64,000 bases of DNA from Ruminococcus sp. (GCA_017470905.1 JAFUXL010000022.1:5884-69883); one strand, 5' to 3'. Counted from the stretch's first letter, positions 21,674 through 31,884 are shown. The notes: generated by a model not told the origin, from the letters alone. Program-made: numbers and translations.

Positions 21674-22207
21674 TTAATTGAAAAGATAATTGTCAAGACA
21701 GTGAACAACCGTACAGCCTATGAGCGTACCCAGTACTATACCCGAAAGAATATCAGTCGGAAAATGCACATAGAGATACATTCTCGAAAAGGCTATCGCA
21801 CAGGCTATTATAAGTGCCGGTATTCCTATCCTTTTATCGTAGTGCATCATTACCGATGCGGAAATAAAAGCAGCAAGGGTATGCCCCGACGGGAAAGAAT
21901 AGTCTTTCGGAATTTCGATGAGCATATTCACCGTGTCATTTATCCAGCATGGTCTTGAACGGCGCACAATATTTTTAACAATCAGGTTTCCGATTATTAC
22001 GCCGCACATCAGCCCCGTAAGGCAGGCTATTCCGCAATGTCTGTAGGGCTTGAAGAAGAGCATGACTATGGCAATGAATATGAAGAAAAGCCCCTTGTCT
22101 CCCAGAAGCGTTATTTTTGGCATAAGCTCGTCCATGAAAGGACTGCGGAAATTGTCCTGTATTGCATCAAGCACCGTGAAATCAAATTTTCTTATATTGT
22201 CAGCCAA
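21674..22207 (-). CDS. PAP2 family phosphatase (BcrC-like)
   Basis: KNIVRRSRP, SFPSGH and SRMYLYVHFPTD motifs; probable TTG start at 22207. Confidence 0.93.
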   Translation of the reverse strand: MADNIRKFDFTVLDAIQDNFRSPFMDELMPKITLLGDKGLFFIFIAIVMLFFKPYRHCGIACLTGLMCGVIIGNLIVKNIVRRSRPCWINDTVNMLIEIPKDYSFPSGHTLAAFISASVMMHYDKRIGIPALIIACAIAFSRMYLYVHFPTDILSGIVLGTLIGCTVVHCLDNYLFN

Positions 22208-22261
22208 TATATCTTCCCTCCGTATCAATGCCGATAAATTTGCTGAATCAGAGCTTTTTAA

Positions 22262-23266
22262 TTATTTCTTTTTGGATTTGCTCTGTGTTTCAAGCTGCTG
22301 CTTGTGTTCGGTGAGCATATCCGCAATTTCCTTTTTGTTGTTCGCATACTGAATAAATTTGTCAATATTCCGCTTTGTCAGGAATTTTCCGGAACCGATG
22401 ACAAGCTTCACAGTTTTTGTATCGTCTTTATCAATCAGAAACTGAAACATCTTTACAAAAGTTTTCTTGATGTAAGCGTTTGTTGGTTCATCTTCCTGAG
22501 TATTTCTAAAGACAGACCAGATGACGGCATATTTAACCTCATGGTTCATTTTCACAGAAAAGTCACGGTTTCCTGCCATATATATAATTTCACTGCTGTA
22601 AATACCATTGGTTTTTGCCGAAGAAAATGTGATGCCTTTATATGTTACAGAGGTCAGGCTTTCACAGCCGCCAAACGCACCTCTTCCAATACTCGTCACA
22701 CTGTCGGGAATTGTCACAGAAGTCAGTCTTTTACTGTGAAAAAACGCATTTTCTGCGATATTTATCACGCTGTCGGGTATGTGATATTCAGTTTCGGTAT
22801 TGCCAATTGGATATTGTATCAGTTCCGTTTTGTCTTTATTGAACAAAACACCATTTTCACTGCTGTAATTGGGGTTTTTTTCGGAAACTTCAATGCCGGT
22901 CAGACTGTTGCACCAATAAAACGTATGAATTCCGATACTCGTCACGCTGTCGGAGATTGTCACAGAGGTCAAAGCAATACAGCTATTAAAAGCATAAGTT
23001 CCAATACTTTTTACGCTGTCGGGAATTATTACAGAGGTCAAGCTTGAACAGCCGTAAAACGCACCATATCCGATATTCGTTACGCTGTCGGGGATTGTCA
23101 CAGAGGTCAGGCTTTTACAGTCATAAAACGCATCATTTCAGATACTTGTCACGCTGTCGGGGATAATAATATCTCCGCCCTTTCCCTTGTATTTCTTCAG
23201 AACATCGTCTTCAATTACAAAATCTTCCATTTCTTCCATCATTCTTGAAATAATTCCGATAGCCAT
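22262..23266 (-). pseudogene. BspA-type leucine-rich repeat protein interrupted by a TGA nonsense codon
   Basis: ATG 23266 with AAGGAG RBS gives MAIG...DFVIEDDVLKKYKGKGGDIIIPDSVTSI*NDAF. TGA at 23140-23138 replaces the repeat Gly, and LTSVTIPDSVTSIG repeats continue in frame. Confidence 0.85.
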
Positions 23267-23478
23267 ATGAAAAACTCCTTTTTAATCACTGTTATCATAG
23301 CTGTAATTATATTATCTCATATTTTCAGGCAAAAGTCAAGAAATTTATTTTCTGTGGGATAATTTTTATTCCGTAAATTAATATTAATAATATGCAGAAA
23401 TTTTTATATTTTGTTGACTTTGGGAATGATTTGTGATATTATGATAAGATGGAATATATATGCAGGAAAGGAAAAATA

Positions 23479-25206
23479 ATGAAGTTTAAAGAATTAAATT
23501 TATCCGGAGAAATACTCCTCGCAGCCGATGAACTCGGATTTGACGAAATGACCGAAATTCAGGAGAAGAGCATACCCCTCCTGCTCGAAGGCAAGGACGT
23601 TGTGGGACGTTCAAATACGGGTACGGGCAAGACTGCTGCTTTCGGCATACCAGCTGTCGAAAGCATTACAGATGCAGACAGAAAAACTGTCGCCGTGCTT
23701 GTTATGTGTCCCACCAGAGAGCTTGCAATGCAGGCGGAGGAGGAAATCAAAAAATTCGCAAAATACAAGAATACCGTGAAAACCTGTGCCGTCTACGGCG
23801 GCGCAAGCATGGAAACACAGATAAGACAGCTCAAAAGGGGTGTGAATATAGTCATAGGCACTCCCGGACGCATAATGGACCATATCCGCAGAAAAACACT
23901 TAAACTCGACTTTCTGCGCACCGTGATACTCGATGAGGCGGACGAAATGCTGAACATGGGCTTCAGGGAGGATATAGAGGAAATTCTCTCATATGTACCC
24001 GATGACAGGCAGACGGTTCTTTTTTCGGCGACAATGCCCTCCGAAATCATGGCAATAACCGAAAAATACCAGCGAAATCCCGAACATATAAAAATAAAAT
24101 CCGCAGGCAGGACAGTCGAACTTATAGACCAGTTTTATTTTGAAGTGCCTATGGGCAGAAAAACAGATGCCCTTAAACTCCTCCTTGCGGCATACACCCC
24201 CGCATCTTCAATGGTTTTCTGCAATACAAAGAAAATGGTTGACGAGCTGACGGAGGAGCTGCTGAAATCCGGCTTCCATGCCGCAGGACTTCACGGCGAT
24301 ATGAAACAGATACAGAGAACGCAGGTAATGAACAGCTTTAAATCGAGAAATACTCCGATACTCATTGCAACGGACGTTGCTGCAAGAGGTATTGACGTAA
24401 GCGGTATTGATGCGGTTTTCAATTACGATATTCCGCAGGATAACGAATACTACATACACCGCATAGGACGAACCGGCAGAGCAGGCAGAACGGGTACTGC
24501 ATATACCCTCATTTCGGGGAGAAAGCAGTTTTATGCCCTCAGAAATATAAGCAGATATATAAATGCCGAGATAAAGGAAATGCCCCTCCCCGACAAGAGC
24601 GATGTCATATCGGCTAAAAAGGAGAGCATAATAAATGAGATACAAAACGCAGAGCCGCTCACAGACCGCAGAGCCTATGAAATACTCGACCGCCTTGCCG
24701 CTCTTGGAACAGACTACAGGGAGGCGGCTGCAAGAATTATCGGCGCAAGGCTTAAATCCGAAACCGAAAATCTTCCCGATTATGCCGCAAGACCCGTATC
24801 AAAGGGCAGGCGCAGAGGCGAAAAAACCGTAAAGGTTGATATAAATATCGGCAGAAGCCACCGCATAGCACCGAATTTCATACTCGGCGCACTCGTTGAC
24901 GCAACGGGCATGACGGGAAAGGATTTCGGAAAGATAGATATTTATGACGAGCATACAACTGTTGAAGTACCTGAATCCGAATATGATTATATAATCAAAA
25001 GCACAAACCCCATGAAGATAAACGGAAAACAGGTTGAAGTAAAGCTGTATAAGGACAAAGGCGGCAGGAATGAGAGAAATTCCTCATCCGGCGGCGATGA
25101 GCGTCATCGCAGACAGCCCAAAACTCCCTTTGGCAAAAGCCGCAGGAGAGAGGTCTATACAGACTATATTCCCGACCGCAAAAGAAGAAGCAAAAAAAGA
25201 CATTGA
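23479..25206 (+). CDS. DEAD-box RNA helicase with a DbpA-type RNA-binding domain
   Basis: TGTGKT, PTRELA, DEAD, SAT and HRIGRTGR motifs; C-terminal INIGR...GKIDIYD domain. Confidence 0.96.
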   Translation: MKFKELNLSGEILLAADELGFDEMTEIQEKSIPLLLEGKDVVGRSNTGTGKTAAFGIPAVESITDADRKTVAVLVMCPTRELAMQAEEEIKKFAKYKNTVKTCAVYGGASMETQIRQLKRGVNIVIGTPGRIMDHIRRKTLKLDFLRTVILDEADEMLNMGFREDIEEILSYVPDDRQTVLFSATMPSEIMAITEKYQRNPEHIKIKSAGRTVELIDQFYFEVPMGRKTDALKLLLAAYTPASSMVFCNTKKMVDELTEELLKSGFHAAGLHGDMKQIQRTQVMNSFKSRNTPILIATDVAARGIDVSGIDAVFNYDIPQDNEYYIHRIGRTGRAGRTGTAYTLISGRKQFYALRNISRYINAEIKEMPLPDKSDVISAKKESIINEIQNAEPLTDRRAYEILDRLAALGTDYREAAARIIGARLKSETENLPDYAARPVSKGRRRGEKTVKVDINIGRSHRIAPNFILGALVDATGMTGKDFGKIDIYDEHTTVEVPESEYDYIIKSTNPMKINGKQVEVKLYKDKGGRNERNSSSGGDERHRRQPKTPFGKSRRREVYTDYIPDRKRRSKKRH

Positions 25207-25216
25207 GGTGATATAA

Positions 25217-25324
25217 ATGAGCGGAAAATATAATAAACCCGAAAAGAAGCTCTGGCAGAGAATTGCCGTTCTCGGGCTTGCAGCTGTTATAATCATAGGC
25301 TATCTCATCATGATATTCCTGTAA
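25217..25324 (+). CDS. 35-aa single-pass membrane microprotein (below the ORF-track cutoff)
   Basis: GAGGTG RBS overlapping the helicase stop; MSGKYNKPEKKLWQRIAVLGLAAVIIIGYLIMIFL. Confidence 0.68.
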   Translation: MSGKYNKPEKKLWQRIAVLGLAAVIIIGYLIMIFL

Positions 25325-25463
25325 TATTTTTATGTTCCCCTTGTTCTGCACAAAGGGAACAGTTAAAATAAAAAAAGAAAAATTTTCATATTAGTATGGA
25401 AATCCATAAAAATATATGTTATAATATACTTACACTGTTTTTATTCAAGGAGTGATTTGATAT

Positions 25464-26726
25464 ATGAAGTATAACAGAACAGAAATATCCGACAAAATAG
25501 GATTTTCTTCGGTAATTGACCCGAAATTCAAGACAAATCTGCTGACCGTGCGCTTTATTACATCGCTCGGCAAAGAGACTGTTTCTGCAAATGCCCTCGG
25601 AATAGGCATACTTTCCGATGCGAACGGCAGACTTAAAACCATTGCGGAACTCAGCGAAAGGCTTTCGTCACTCTACGGGGCGAGCGTAAGCTGTTTTTCG
25701 AGAAAAAGAGGAGATTTGCAGATACTCGGCTTTTCTTCTTCATGGATTAACGGTAGATATGCCCTTGACGGCGAAAACCTCGATGAAGAAATGTCGCAGA
25801 TAATAAAGGACTGCATTTTTTATCCCAATGCCGAAAACGGAGAATTTGACGGCGAACTGTTCAGAATTGCAAAGAAAGAACTGCTTGACCGCATTGATGC
25901 CGAACTGAATAACAAGAGGGCTTATGCAATATCAAAGGCGGAGGAAATCGCTTTCAGGGGCGAGCCTGCCGAGCTTTCGGAAACAGGCAGCAGGGAAGAT
26001 GCTGAAAAAGTCACGTCTGCGGACGCTTACGGGGCATATTTGAATATTCTGAAAACCTCACAGATAGAAATAATCTATGTTTCTTCGGAGGAAAACAATG
26101 CTCTTAAGGATATGTTTACGGAGGAATTTTCAAAGCTTGAACGTAAGCCGAACGAGTATGTTTTCAGGTCAAAAAGTCCCGTGAAGCCCGATGCGGAGGT
26201 TTTCTCCGAGGAAATGGATGTCAGACAGTGCAAAATGGTCATGACCTTCAAGTCCGGCTCGGACGACAGATTTGCACTCCAGATGATGAGCATGATTTAC
26301 GGGGCAACGCCCGTTTCAAAGCTCTTTGCAAACGTAAGGGAAAAGATGAGCCTTTGCTATTACTGCGCAAGCCGTTTTTCGGCTGTAAAGAATTTCCTCA
26401 TGGTCGACAGCGGTGTCGAAAAATCAAATATCGAAAAGGCAAAGAACGAAATTCTCAACCAGCTTGACGAAATTATAAAGGGCAATATCTCCGATGAAGA
26501 AATGCAGAGCGCACTTCTTTCGCTCGACAATGCATACAATGCCGTGGGAGATACACCCTCATCTTATTCTTCATGGTATTTTGAGAGGTTCTGTGACGGC
26601 GAAATCCTCACTCCGCAGGAGCTTTTCAAAAATTACAGCAGCATCACAAAGGCAAGGATAATTCAGGCGGCATCAACCCTCAAACTCGACAGCATTTACT
26701 ATATGCTCAACAAGGAGGCTGAATAA
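25464..26726 (+). CDS. M16 peptidase family non-catalytic subunit (YmfF-like)
   Basis: KFKTN and SKLFANVREKMSLCYY motifs; no HxxEH. Confidence 0.88.
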   Translation: MKYNRTEISDKIGFSSVIDPKFKTNLLTVRFITSLGKETVSANALGIGILSDANGRLKTIAELSERLSSLYGASVSCFSRKRGDLQILGFSSSWINGRYALDGENLDEEMSQIIKDCIFYPNAENGEFDGELFRIAKKELLDRIDAELNNKRAYAISKAEEIAFRGEPAELSETGSREDAEKVTSADAYGAYLNILKTSQIEIIYVSSEENNALKDMFTEEFSKLERKPNEYVFRSKSPVKPDAEVFSEEMDVRQCKMVMTFKSGSDDRFALQMMSMIYGATPVSKLFANVREKMSLCYYCASRFSAVKNFLMVDSGVEKSNIEKAKNEILNQLDEIIKGNISDEEMQSALLSLDNAYNAVGDTPSSYSSWYFERFCDGEILTPQELFKNYSSITKARIIQAASTLKLDSIYYMLNKEAE

Positions 26727-28003
26727 TGGAAAAGAATATCATAACAAGCGAGAGAACGGGCGACAGGATTATCCATGTCAAGCACGACAGCGGCCTTGAT
26801 ATATATATCTGCGAAATGCCCGGCTACAGCACCATAGAGGCTCTTTTCGGAACGAAATACGGCTCTGTCAACACCATGTTCAAAATGGCGGAGGACAAGG
26901 AATATACCGTTGTACCGGAGGGCATTGCGCATTTTCTCGAACACAAGCTTTTTGAGAACGAGGACTGCGATGTTTTTGAACTCTATGCAAAGACGGGAGC
27001 AAGCGGAAATGCCTTTACTTCTTTCGACAAGACGGCATATCTTTTCAGCTGCACGAAAAATTACAAGGAGTCGCTTAAAATACTCCTCGACTTTGTGCAG
27101 GCTCCCTATTTCACGCAGGCGACTGTTGACAAGGAGCAGGGAATTATCGGTCAGGAAATTCAGATGACCAACGATAATCCCGAATGGAGGGTATTCTTCA
27201 ATATGCTCCGCTGTATGTATCACAACCACCCCGTAAAGATTGACATTGCCGGTACTGTGGAGAGTATAGCGCAGATAAATGCCGATTTGCTCTACAAATG
27301 CTATTATACCTTCTATAATCTCAATAATATGGTTCTTTCCGTTGCAGGAAACGTAAATGCCGATGAGGTTCTTGCGGTGTGTGACGAGTGTCTCAAAAAA
27401 TGCGAGGACAAGGGTCTTGAAACCGTTTTCTCCGATGAACCCGACAGCATTGTACAGGCTGAAATAACCGAAAAACAGCCCGTGGGCGCATCTATATTCA
27501 ATATAGGCTATAAATGCGTTCCGGCAGGCGGCAGGGAAAGACTTCTCAAAGTAATGGCAGCATCTGTTGCGGCTGATATGCTTTCTGACCCGTCAACGGA
27601 GATGTATCAGAAGCTCCTGAAGGACGGTGTTATAAATTCTTCGTTCGGAACAGAGATTTTCACGGGTGACGGGTATTTCACGGTGATATTCAGCGGCGAA
27701 TCGAACAGACCCGAAATAATAAGGGATACCGTTTCCGCCGAAATAGACAGGATTATAAACGAGGGAACGGACGAGAAATTGTTCCAGAGAATTAAAAAAT
27801 CAACATACGGCAGTCTCATAAGAGAACTGAACAATGTTGAAGCAGTCGCAAATCTCATGATGAACAGCCATATGGAGGGAATTTCCCCCTATGATACAAT
27901 ACAGGTTCTTTCGGATTTGACAAGCGCAGACGTTCTTGATTTCATTAAAAACGAACTGAGAAAAGACAGACTTGTAATGTCGGTTATCGAGGGGACGGTG
28001 TAA
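26726..28003 (+). CDS. M16 zinc peptidase (YmfH-like)
   Basis: GIAHFLEHKLFE, NAFTS and KEQGIIGQEI motifs. Confidence 0.93.
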   Translation: MEKNIITSERTGDRIIHVKHDSGLDIYICEMPGYSTIEALFGTKYGSVNTMFKMAEDKEYTVVPEGIAHFLEHKLFENEDCDVFELYAKTGASGNAFTSFDKTAYLFSCTKNYKESLKILLDFVQAPYFTQATVDKEQGIIGQEIQMTNDNPEWRVFFNMLRCMYHNHPVKIDIAGTVESIAQINADLLYKCYYTFYNLNNMVLSVAGNVNADEVLAVCDECLKKCEDKGLETVFSDEPDSIVQAEITEKQPVGASIFNIGYKCVPAGGRERLLKVMAASVAADMLSDPSTEMYQKLLKDGVINSSFGTEIFTGDGYFTVIFSGESNRPEIIRDTVSAEIDRIINEGTDEKLFQRIKKSTYGSLIRELNNVEAVANLMMNSHMEGISPYDTIQVLSDLTSADVLDFIKNELRKDRLVMSVIEGTV

Positions 28004-28006
28004 GCC

Positions 28007-28972
28007 TTGACAGAGGTTCAGTCCATATCCGACCCGAATATAATATCATTCCCGAAAATCGGCTGGGAGTTCGATATAGACCCTACGGCTTTTACAGTTT
28101 TCGGACTTGATATACAGTGGTACGGAATAATAATAGTTTCGGGACTTCTGCTTGCAATACTCTATTGTTTCCCGAATATGAAAAAATTCGGAATTGATAC
28201 CGACAGGGCGGTAGATGCCGTCATCGGCGGCGTTATCGGCGGAATTATCGGCGCAAGGGTATATTATGTCGCTTTCCGCTGGGACGAATACAGGAGCGAT
28301 ATAAAGGCGATACTCAATACAAGAAACGGCGGACTTGCAATCTACGGCGGAATAATAGGCTCGGTGCTTGTCGGGCTGCTGATATGTAAAATTCGCAGGG
28401 TAAAAATGCTCCCCATGCTTGATATATGCTCCATAGGCTTTCTCATCGGTCAGGGAATAGGCAGGTGGGGAAATTTCGTCAATCAGGAGGCTTTCGGAAC
28501 AAATACCGACAGCATTTTCGGAATGACGGGCGGAAGAATACAGCAGACCATTATAAACAATACTGCATATCTTGACGGGGAGATGTACCGTAACGGTGTG
28601 GAAATATCCGAAAAATATGCCGTTCACCCATGCTTTCTCTATGAATCCGCATGGTGTCTGCTCGGCTTTGCGGTTCTTGCGTTTTTCTCAAAGAGAAGAA
28701 AATATGACGGACAGATTATGCTCATGTACATGGCATGGTACGGTGCGGAGAGATTTATTGTCGAGGGTCTGCGCACGGACAGTCTCATGATTGGAAATAT
28801 GAGAGTTTCGCAGGCTCTGTCGCTGATAATATGCATAGCTTCAATCATATTGCAGATAATTTTTCATTTCCGTGTAAAGCGTGACCCCGAAGGATATATC
28901 CTTTATGTGGATACGGACGAATCAAAGCTTCTCCTGTCGGAAGCAGCGGAATCAAAATCAAAGAGCAGATAA
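28007..28972 (+). CDS. lgt: Prolipoprotein diacylglyceryl transferase
   Basis: [26 protein letters not shown] and HPCFLYES motifs. Confidence 0.97.
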   Translation: MTEVQSISDPNIISFPKIGWEFDIDPTAFTVFGLDIQWYGIIIVSGLLLAILYCFPNMKKFGIDTDRAVDAVIGGVIGGIIGARVYYVAFRWDEYRSDIKAILNTRNGGLAIYGGIIGSVLVGLLICKIRRVKMLPMLDICSIGFLIGQGIGRWGNFVNQEAFGTNTDSIFGMTGGRIQQTIINNTAYLDGEMYRNGVEISEKYAVHPCFLYESAWCLLGFAVLAFFSKRRKYDGQIMLMYMAWYGAERFIVEGLRTDSLMIGNMRVSQALSLIICIASIILQIIFHFRVKRDPEGYILYVDTDESKLLLSEAAESKSKSR

Positions 28973-29052
28973 TAATTTCGCTGTCTCCCTTTGCTGTCGG
29001 CGGGGGAGACAGAAAAATACAGAAATCTTTGTGCATTATTTTAAATGCACAT
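28962..29052 (-). mobile_element. Family B copy 5; it contains the lgt stop codon
   Basis: CTGTCTCCC...GGGAGACAG hairpin, then TTTGTGCATTATTTTAAATGCACAT (reverse complement of the left end). Confidence 0.7.
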
Positions 29053-29067
29053 CAAGGAGGAATCGTA

Positions 29068-29925
29068 ATGGCACAGATAATTGACGGAAAGGCAGTTTCC
29101 GCAAGCGTTAAGGAAGAGGTCGCTGCCGAGGCTGCAAGACTTAAGGACGAAAAGGGTCTTAAAGTAGGTCTTGCTGTTGTAATCGTGGGAAATAATCCTG
29201 CATCGAGGGTTTATGTGAACAATAAGAAAAAGGCTTGCGAGGCAGTGGGCTTTCAGTCCTACGAATACGCTATGGACGAGGATACAACTCAGGAACAGCT
29301 CCTCGACCTCGTTGAAGTCCTCAACCGTGACACGAGAGTAAACGGCATACTCGTCCAGCTCCCGTTACCCGGACATATTGACGAGAAAGCCGTGATAAAC
29401 GCTATCTCCCCCGAAAAGGACGTTGATGCATTCCACCCCGTAAATGTCGGAAAAATCATGATAGGCGAATATGCTTTTCTCCCCTGTACGCCTGCGGGAG
29501 TTATGCGCCTCATCGAAAGCACGGGTACGGATATAACGGGAAAGAACTGCGTTGTAATCGGAAGAAGCAATATTGTCGGCAAGCCGCAGGCAATGCTCCT
29601 TTTGCAGAAAAACGGTACTGTCACAATATGCCACTCAAAAACCAAGAACCTGAAGGAAATCTGTCTCGGTGCGGATATTCTCGTTGTCGCAATCGGCAGG
29701 GCGAAATTCATAACGGGCGATATGATAAAGGAGGGCGCAGTCGTTATAGATGTTGGCATGAACCGTGACGAAAACGGCAAGCTCTGCGGAGATGTTGAAT
29801 TTGAATCCGCAGAGAAAAAGGCCTCCTACATAACCCCCGTTCCGGGCGGCGTAGGACCCATGACAATAGCCATGCTCATGAAAAATACCCTCACAGCCGC
29901 AAAGCAGCAGGCAGGAATTGAGTAA
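29068..29925 (+). CDS. folD: Methylenetetrahydrofolate dehydrogenase/cyclohydrolase
   Basis: [27 protein letters not shown] and [11 protein letters not shown] motifs; ATG 29068 after AAGGAGG. Confidence 0.98.
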   Translation: MAQIIDGKAVSASVKEEVAAEAARLKDEKGLKVGLAVVIVGNNPASRVYVNNKKKACEAVGFQSYEYAMDEDTTQEQLLDLVEVLNRDTRVNGILVQLPLPGHIDEKAVINAISPEKDVDAFHPVNVGKIMIGEYAFLPCTPAGVMRLIESTGTDITGKNCVVIGRSNIVGKPQAMLLLQKNGTVTICHSKTKNLKEICLGADILVVAIGRAKFITGDMIKEGAVVIDVGMNRDENGKLCGDVEFESAEKKASYITPVPGGVGPMTIAMLMKNTLTAAKQQAGIE

Positions 29926-29928
29926 TAA

Positions 29929-29958
29929 TAAAAAATCCCCGAAATTCGGGGATTTTTT
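29929..29958. terminator. Bidirectional terminator
   Basis: AAAAAATCCCCGAA/TTCGGGGATTTTTT. Confidence 0.8.
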
Positions 29959-29964
29959 TATGTA

Positions 29965-30429
29965 TTATCTTATTGTGTACGCTGTATGTACGGAGTCGAG
30001 CCTTTCCCTGAGAGCATCCATAGTATCGGCGATTGCGCTGTCGTCCGTTATATTTACAACAACATCGCCGTCAGCGGCATTTATTTCACTGATAATATCG
30101 TCAGCGGTTATTTCTTCTCCGTCCTTTAAAATCACACTGCCCGAAATGGTTATTTCGATTATCTGCATGGCATTTTCGGTAATTTCTTCTGTTGACGGTT
30201 CGGTAATTTCTTCGGCATCCTCGGAGGGAGTAATTACTCTTACGGCAGGAATATCCTCTGACTGCTGAGAACTTTGTGAATTTCCGCCGCCGCTGCCCGA
30301 CAGTCCAAATCCTGTGCCAAGACCGAATTTATCTCCGAAAATGAAAAAGATTACCGCTGCAATTATTATCAATACTGCGATTATGACAATAACTTTTGAG
30401 AGGGCATTGCCCTTTTGTGACTTTTTCAA
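29965..30429 (-). CDS. Single-pass membrane protein with a possible ExbD-like extracellular domain
   Basis: N-terminal TM helix, Gly/Ser/Glu linker, and C-terminal EITISGSVILKDGEEIT...VVNITDDSAIADTMDALRERL; TTG start after AAGGAG. Confidence 0.7.
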   Translation of the reverse strand: MKKSQKGNALSKVIVIIAVLIIIAAVIFFIFGDKFGLGTGFGLSGSGGGNSQSSQQSEDIPAVRVITPSEDAEEITEPSTEEITENAMQIIEITISGSVILKDGEEITADDIISEINAADGDVVVNITDDSAIADTMDALRERLDSVHTAYTIR

Positions 30430-30454
30430 AAAAATTCATCTCCTTTTATTTATT

Positions 30455-30593
30455 GTAAATGAGCATTTTAAGATAATGCACAAAATTTTTATATTTTGTC
30501 TTTGTTCCCCCCCGGCTGCGAGGGGGGAACATTATTTTTAATTATGCTTTTTTGTATATTATCAGGAAAAATTTCAAATTCGCTCAATTACGG
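30455..30593 (+). mobile_element. Family B copy 6 (complete), with a 9-bp flanking duplication TTATTTATT
   Basis: Left end GTAAATGAGCATTTTAAGAT, right end ATTTCAAATTCGCTCAATTAC; direct repeats at 30446-30454 and 30594-30602. Confidence 0.8.
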
Positions 30594-31253
30594 TTATTTA
30601 TTTAAATTCACATATGTGCAGTAGAAATTGCTGTAATTTCCCCTTATGCTGTTTATAGCCTGTTTTACATTGTCAACATCGCTGCTTGTTGCACGGCTGC
30701 CGTTATATACAAAGGCGCAGAGAATTATCTCTCCGCTGTCGAGATTAAGATTTGAAGCTATAAATCTCTCGACCTTTTTTGCATCTTCATCTTCCCTTTC
30801 GTGGGAATTTAGTGTCGTATGCGAAATTTCAGAATTTTTATCATTCAGTGACAGCTTTCCCGTCCTGCCGGATGCATCATATTGAAGATTGAGAGTCAGA
30901 ACCATATCCCCCGAATAATTTTCGAGAGCCTGATAATACTGCCATGAGCTGCTGTTTTCGGCGATGATTTCGATATTTTCAATCTGCTGTTCGTAATTCT
31001 CTCTCATTTCGGAAATTTCACTTTCGTGCATGGTATTCAATTCATCAATCTGTGAATTGTACTGATTTTCCATGTCAGAGACTTCCTGCTCGTGCAGTGT
31101 GTTCAATTCGTCAATCTGCGAATTGTATTGATTTTCAATATCGGAGATATTCTGTTCGTTCTGCTGCTGCAAATTCATCATCACCCAGAAGAGCATGATT
31201 AAAATAACATCAAGCAGGGCGGTGAGTTCGATTATAACGCCTTTATGTTTCAT
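30594..31253 (-). CDS. ExbD/TolR/MotB-like protein with a 22-aa tandem-repeat stalk
   Basis: IELTALLDVILIMLF resembles the ExbD/TolR TM motif with the conserved Asp; overlaps the upstream MotA-like gene by 4 nt. Confidence 0.75.
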   Translation of the reverse strand: MKHKGVIIELTALLDVILIMLFWVMMNLQQQNEQNISDIENQYNSQIDELNTLHEQEVSDMENQYNSQIDELNTMHESEISEMRENYEQQIENIEIIAENSSSWQYYQALENYSGDMVLTLNLQYDASGRTGKLSLNDKNSEISHTTLNSHEREDEDAKKVERFIASNLNLDSGEIILCAFVYNGSRATSSDVDNVKQAINSIRGNYSNFYCTYVNLNK

Positions 31254-31747
31254 TTTTTCGCCTTTTCGTTTTTGTTGTTAAGAAATCTTTCGGTATCCTT
31301 TTCATTTTCTTCCATGAGAGGGGCAATAGAAAATGCGTCAACAAGCTTGAAAATTATCGCAAAAACAATTCCCCAGAATGTTGAAGTCAGTGCGCTGTAA
31401 AAATTTCCCGTGATATTGCTTGAATCGGATACAAGTCCCAGAAGCGAATAAACAGTTCCCAGTATTCCCAGAAGCGGAAATATAGCTATGAAATTCGTGA
31501 AAACGGAATATCCCCAGACAGCCTTTTTTCTTTTGTCCTTTATTTCATTGTTTTTGGTTTCGCTTAATTCCCTGTTTATTTCTTTTATCGAGGTTTCGGA
31601 GTTTGAGGAATCCACAGGCGGATTTAATTTTCTGTGCAGGCTGCCCGCAAGTATGAGTGATACTATCGAGGCAATAAAGGTTATGCCGAAAAATATAAAT
31701 ATAATCAGGTCATAGCCCATTATATTCATGAACAAAATATCTTTCAT
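31250..31747 (-). CDS. MotA/TolQ/ExbB ion-channel family protein
   Basis: PLLGILGTV and ALTSTFWG motifs, 3 TM helices; GGAGGT RBS before ATG 31747. Confidence 0.9.
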   Translation of the reverse strand: MKDILFMNIMGYDLIIFIFFGITFIASIVSLILAGSLHRKLNPPVDSSNSETSIKEINRELSETKNNEIKDKRKKAVWGYSVFTNFIAIFPLLGILGTVYSLLGLVSDSSNITGNFYSALTSTFWGIVFAIIFKLVDAFSIAPLMEENEKDTERFLNNKNEKAKK

Positions 31748-31762
31748 TAAAATACCTCCCAT

Positions 31763-31884
31763 CTGAAAACGAGCATTTTAAAATGATGTACAAAAATTTT
31801 TGTGTTTTTCTTTGTTTCCACCGCCTGCGGCGGTGGAAACAGTATTTTTTGTATTATCACGAACAATTTTAAATTTACTCACTC
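31763..31884 (+). mobile_element. Family B copy 7 (complete), with an 11-bp flanking duplication ATACCTCCCAT
   Basis: Perfect 13-bp stem TGTTTCCACCGCC-TGC-GGCGGTGGAAACA; direct repeats at 31752-31762 and 31885-31895. Confidence 0.83.

Noticed and set aside
23138-23140. TGA reassigned to Gly (alternative genetic code)
   Set aside because: TGA is the true stop of rpmB, rpoC, rpmI, topA and aroQ in this window.
25464-26726. M16 peptidase lacking HxxEH as a novel pseudoenzyme
   Set aside because: It is the expected non-catalytic partner in YmfF/YmfH-type pairs.
29965-31747. Zorya defence system or flagellar stator
   Set aside because: No long ZorA tail, no OmpA-like peptidoglycan-binding domain, and no zorC/D/E or flagellar genes in the window.
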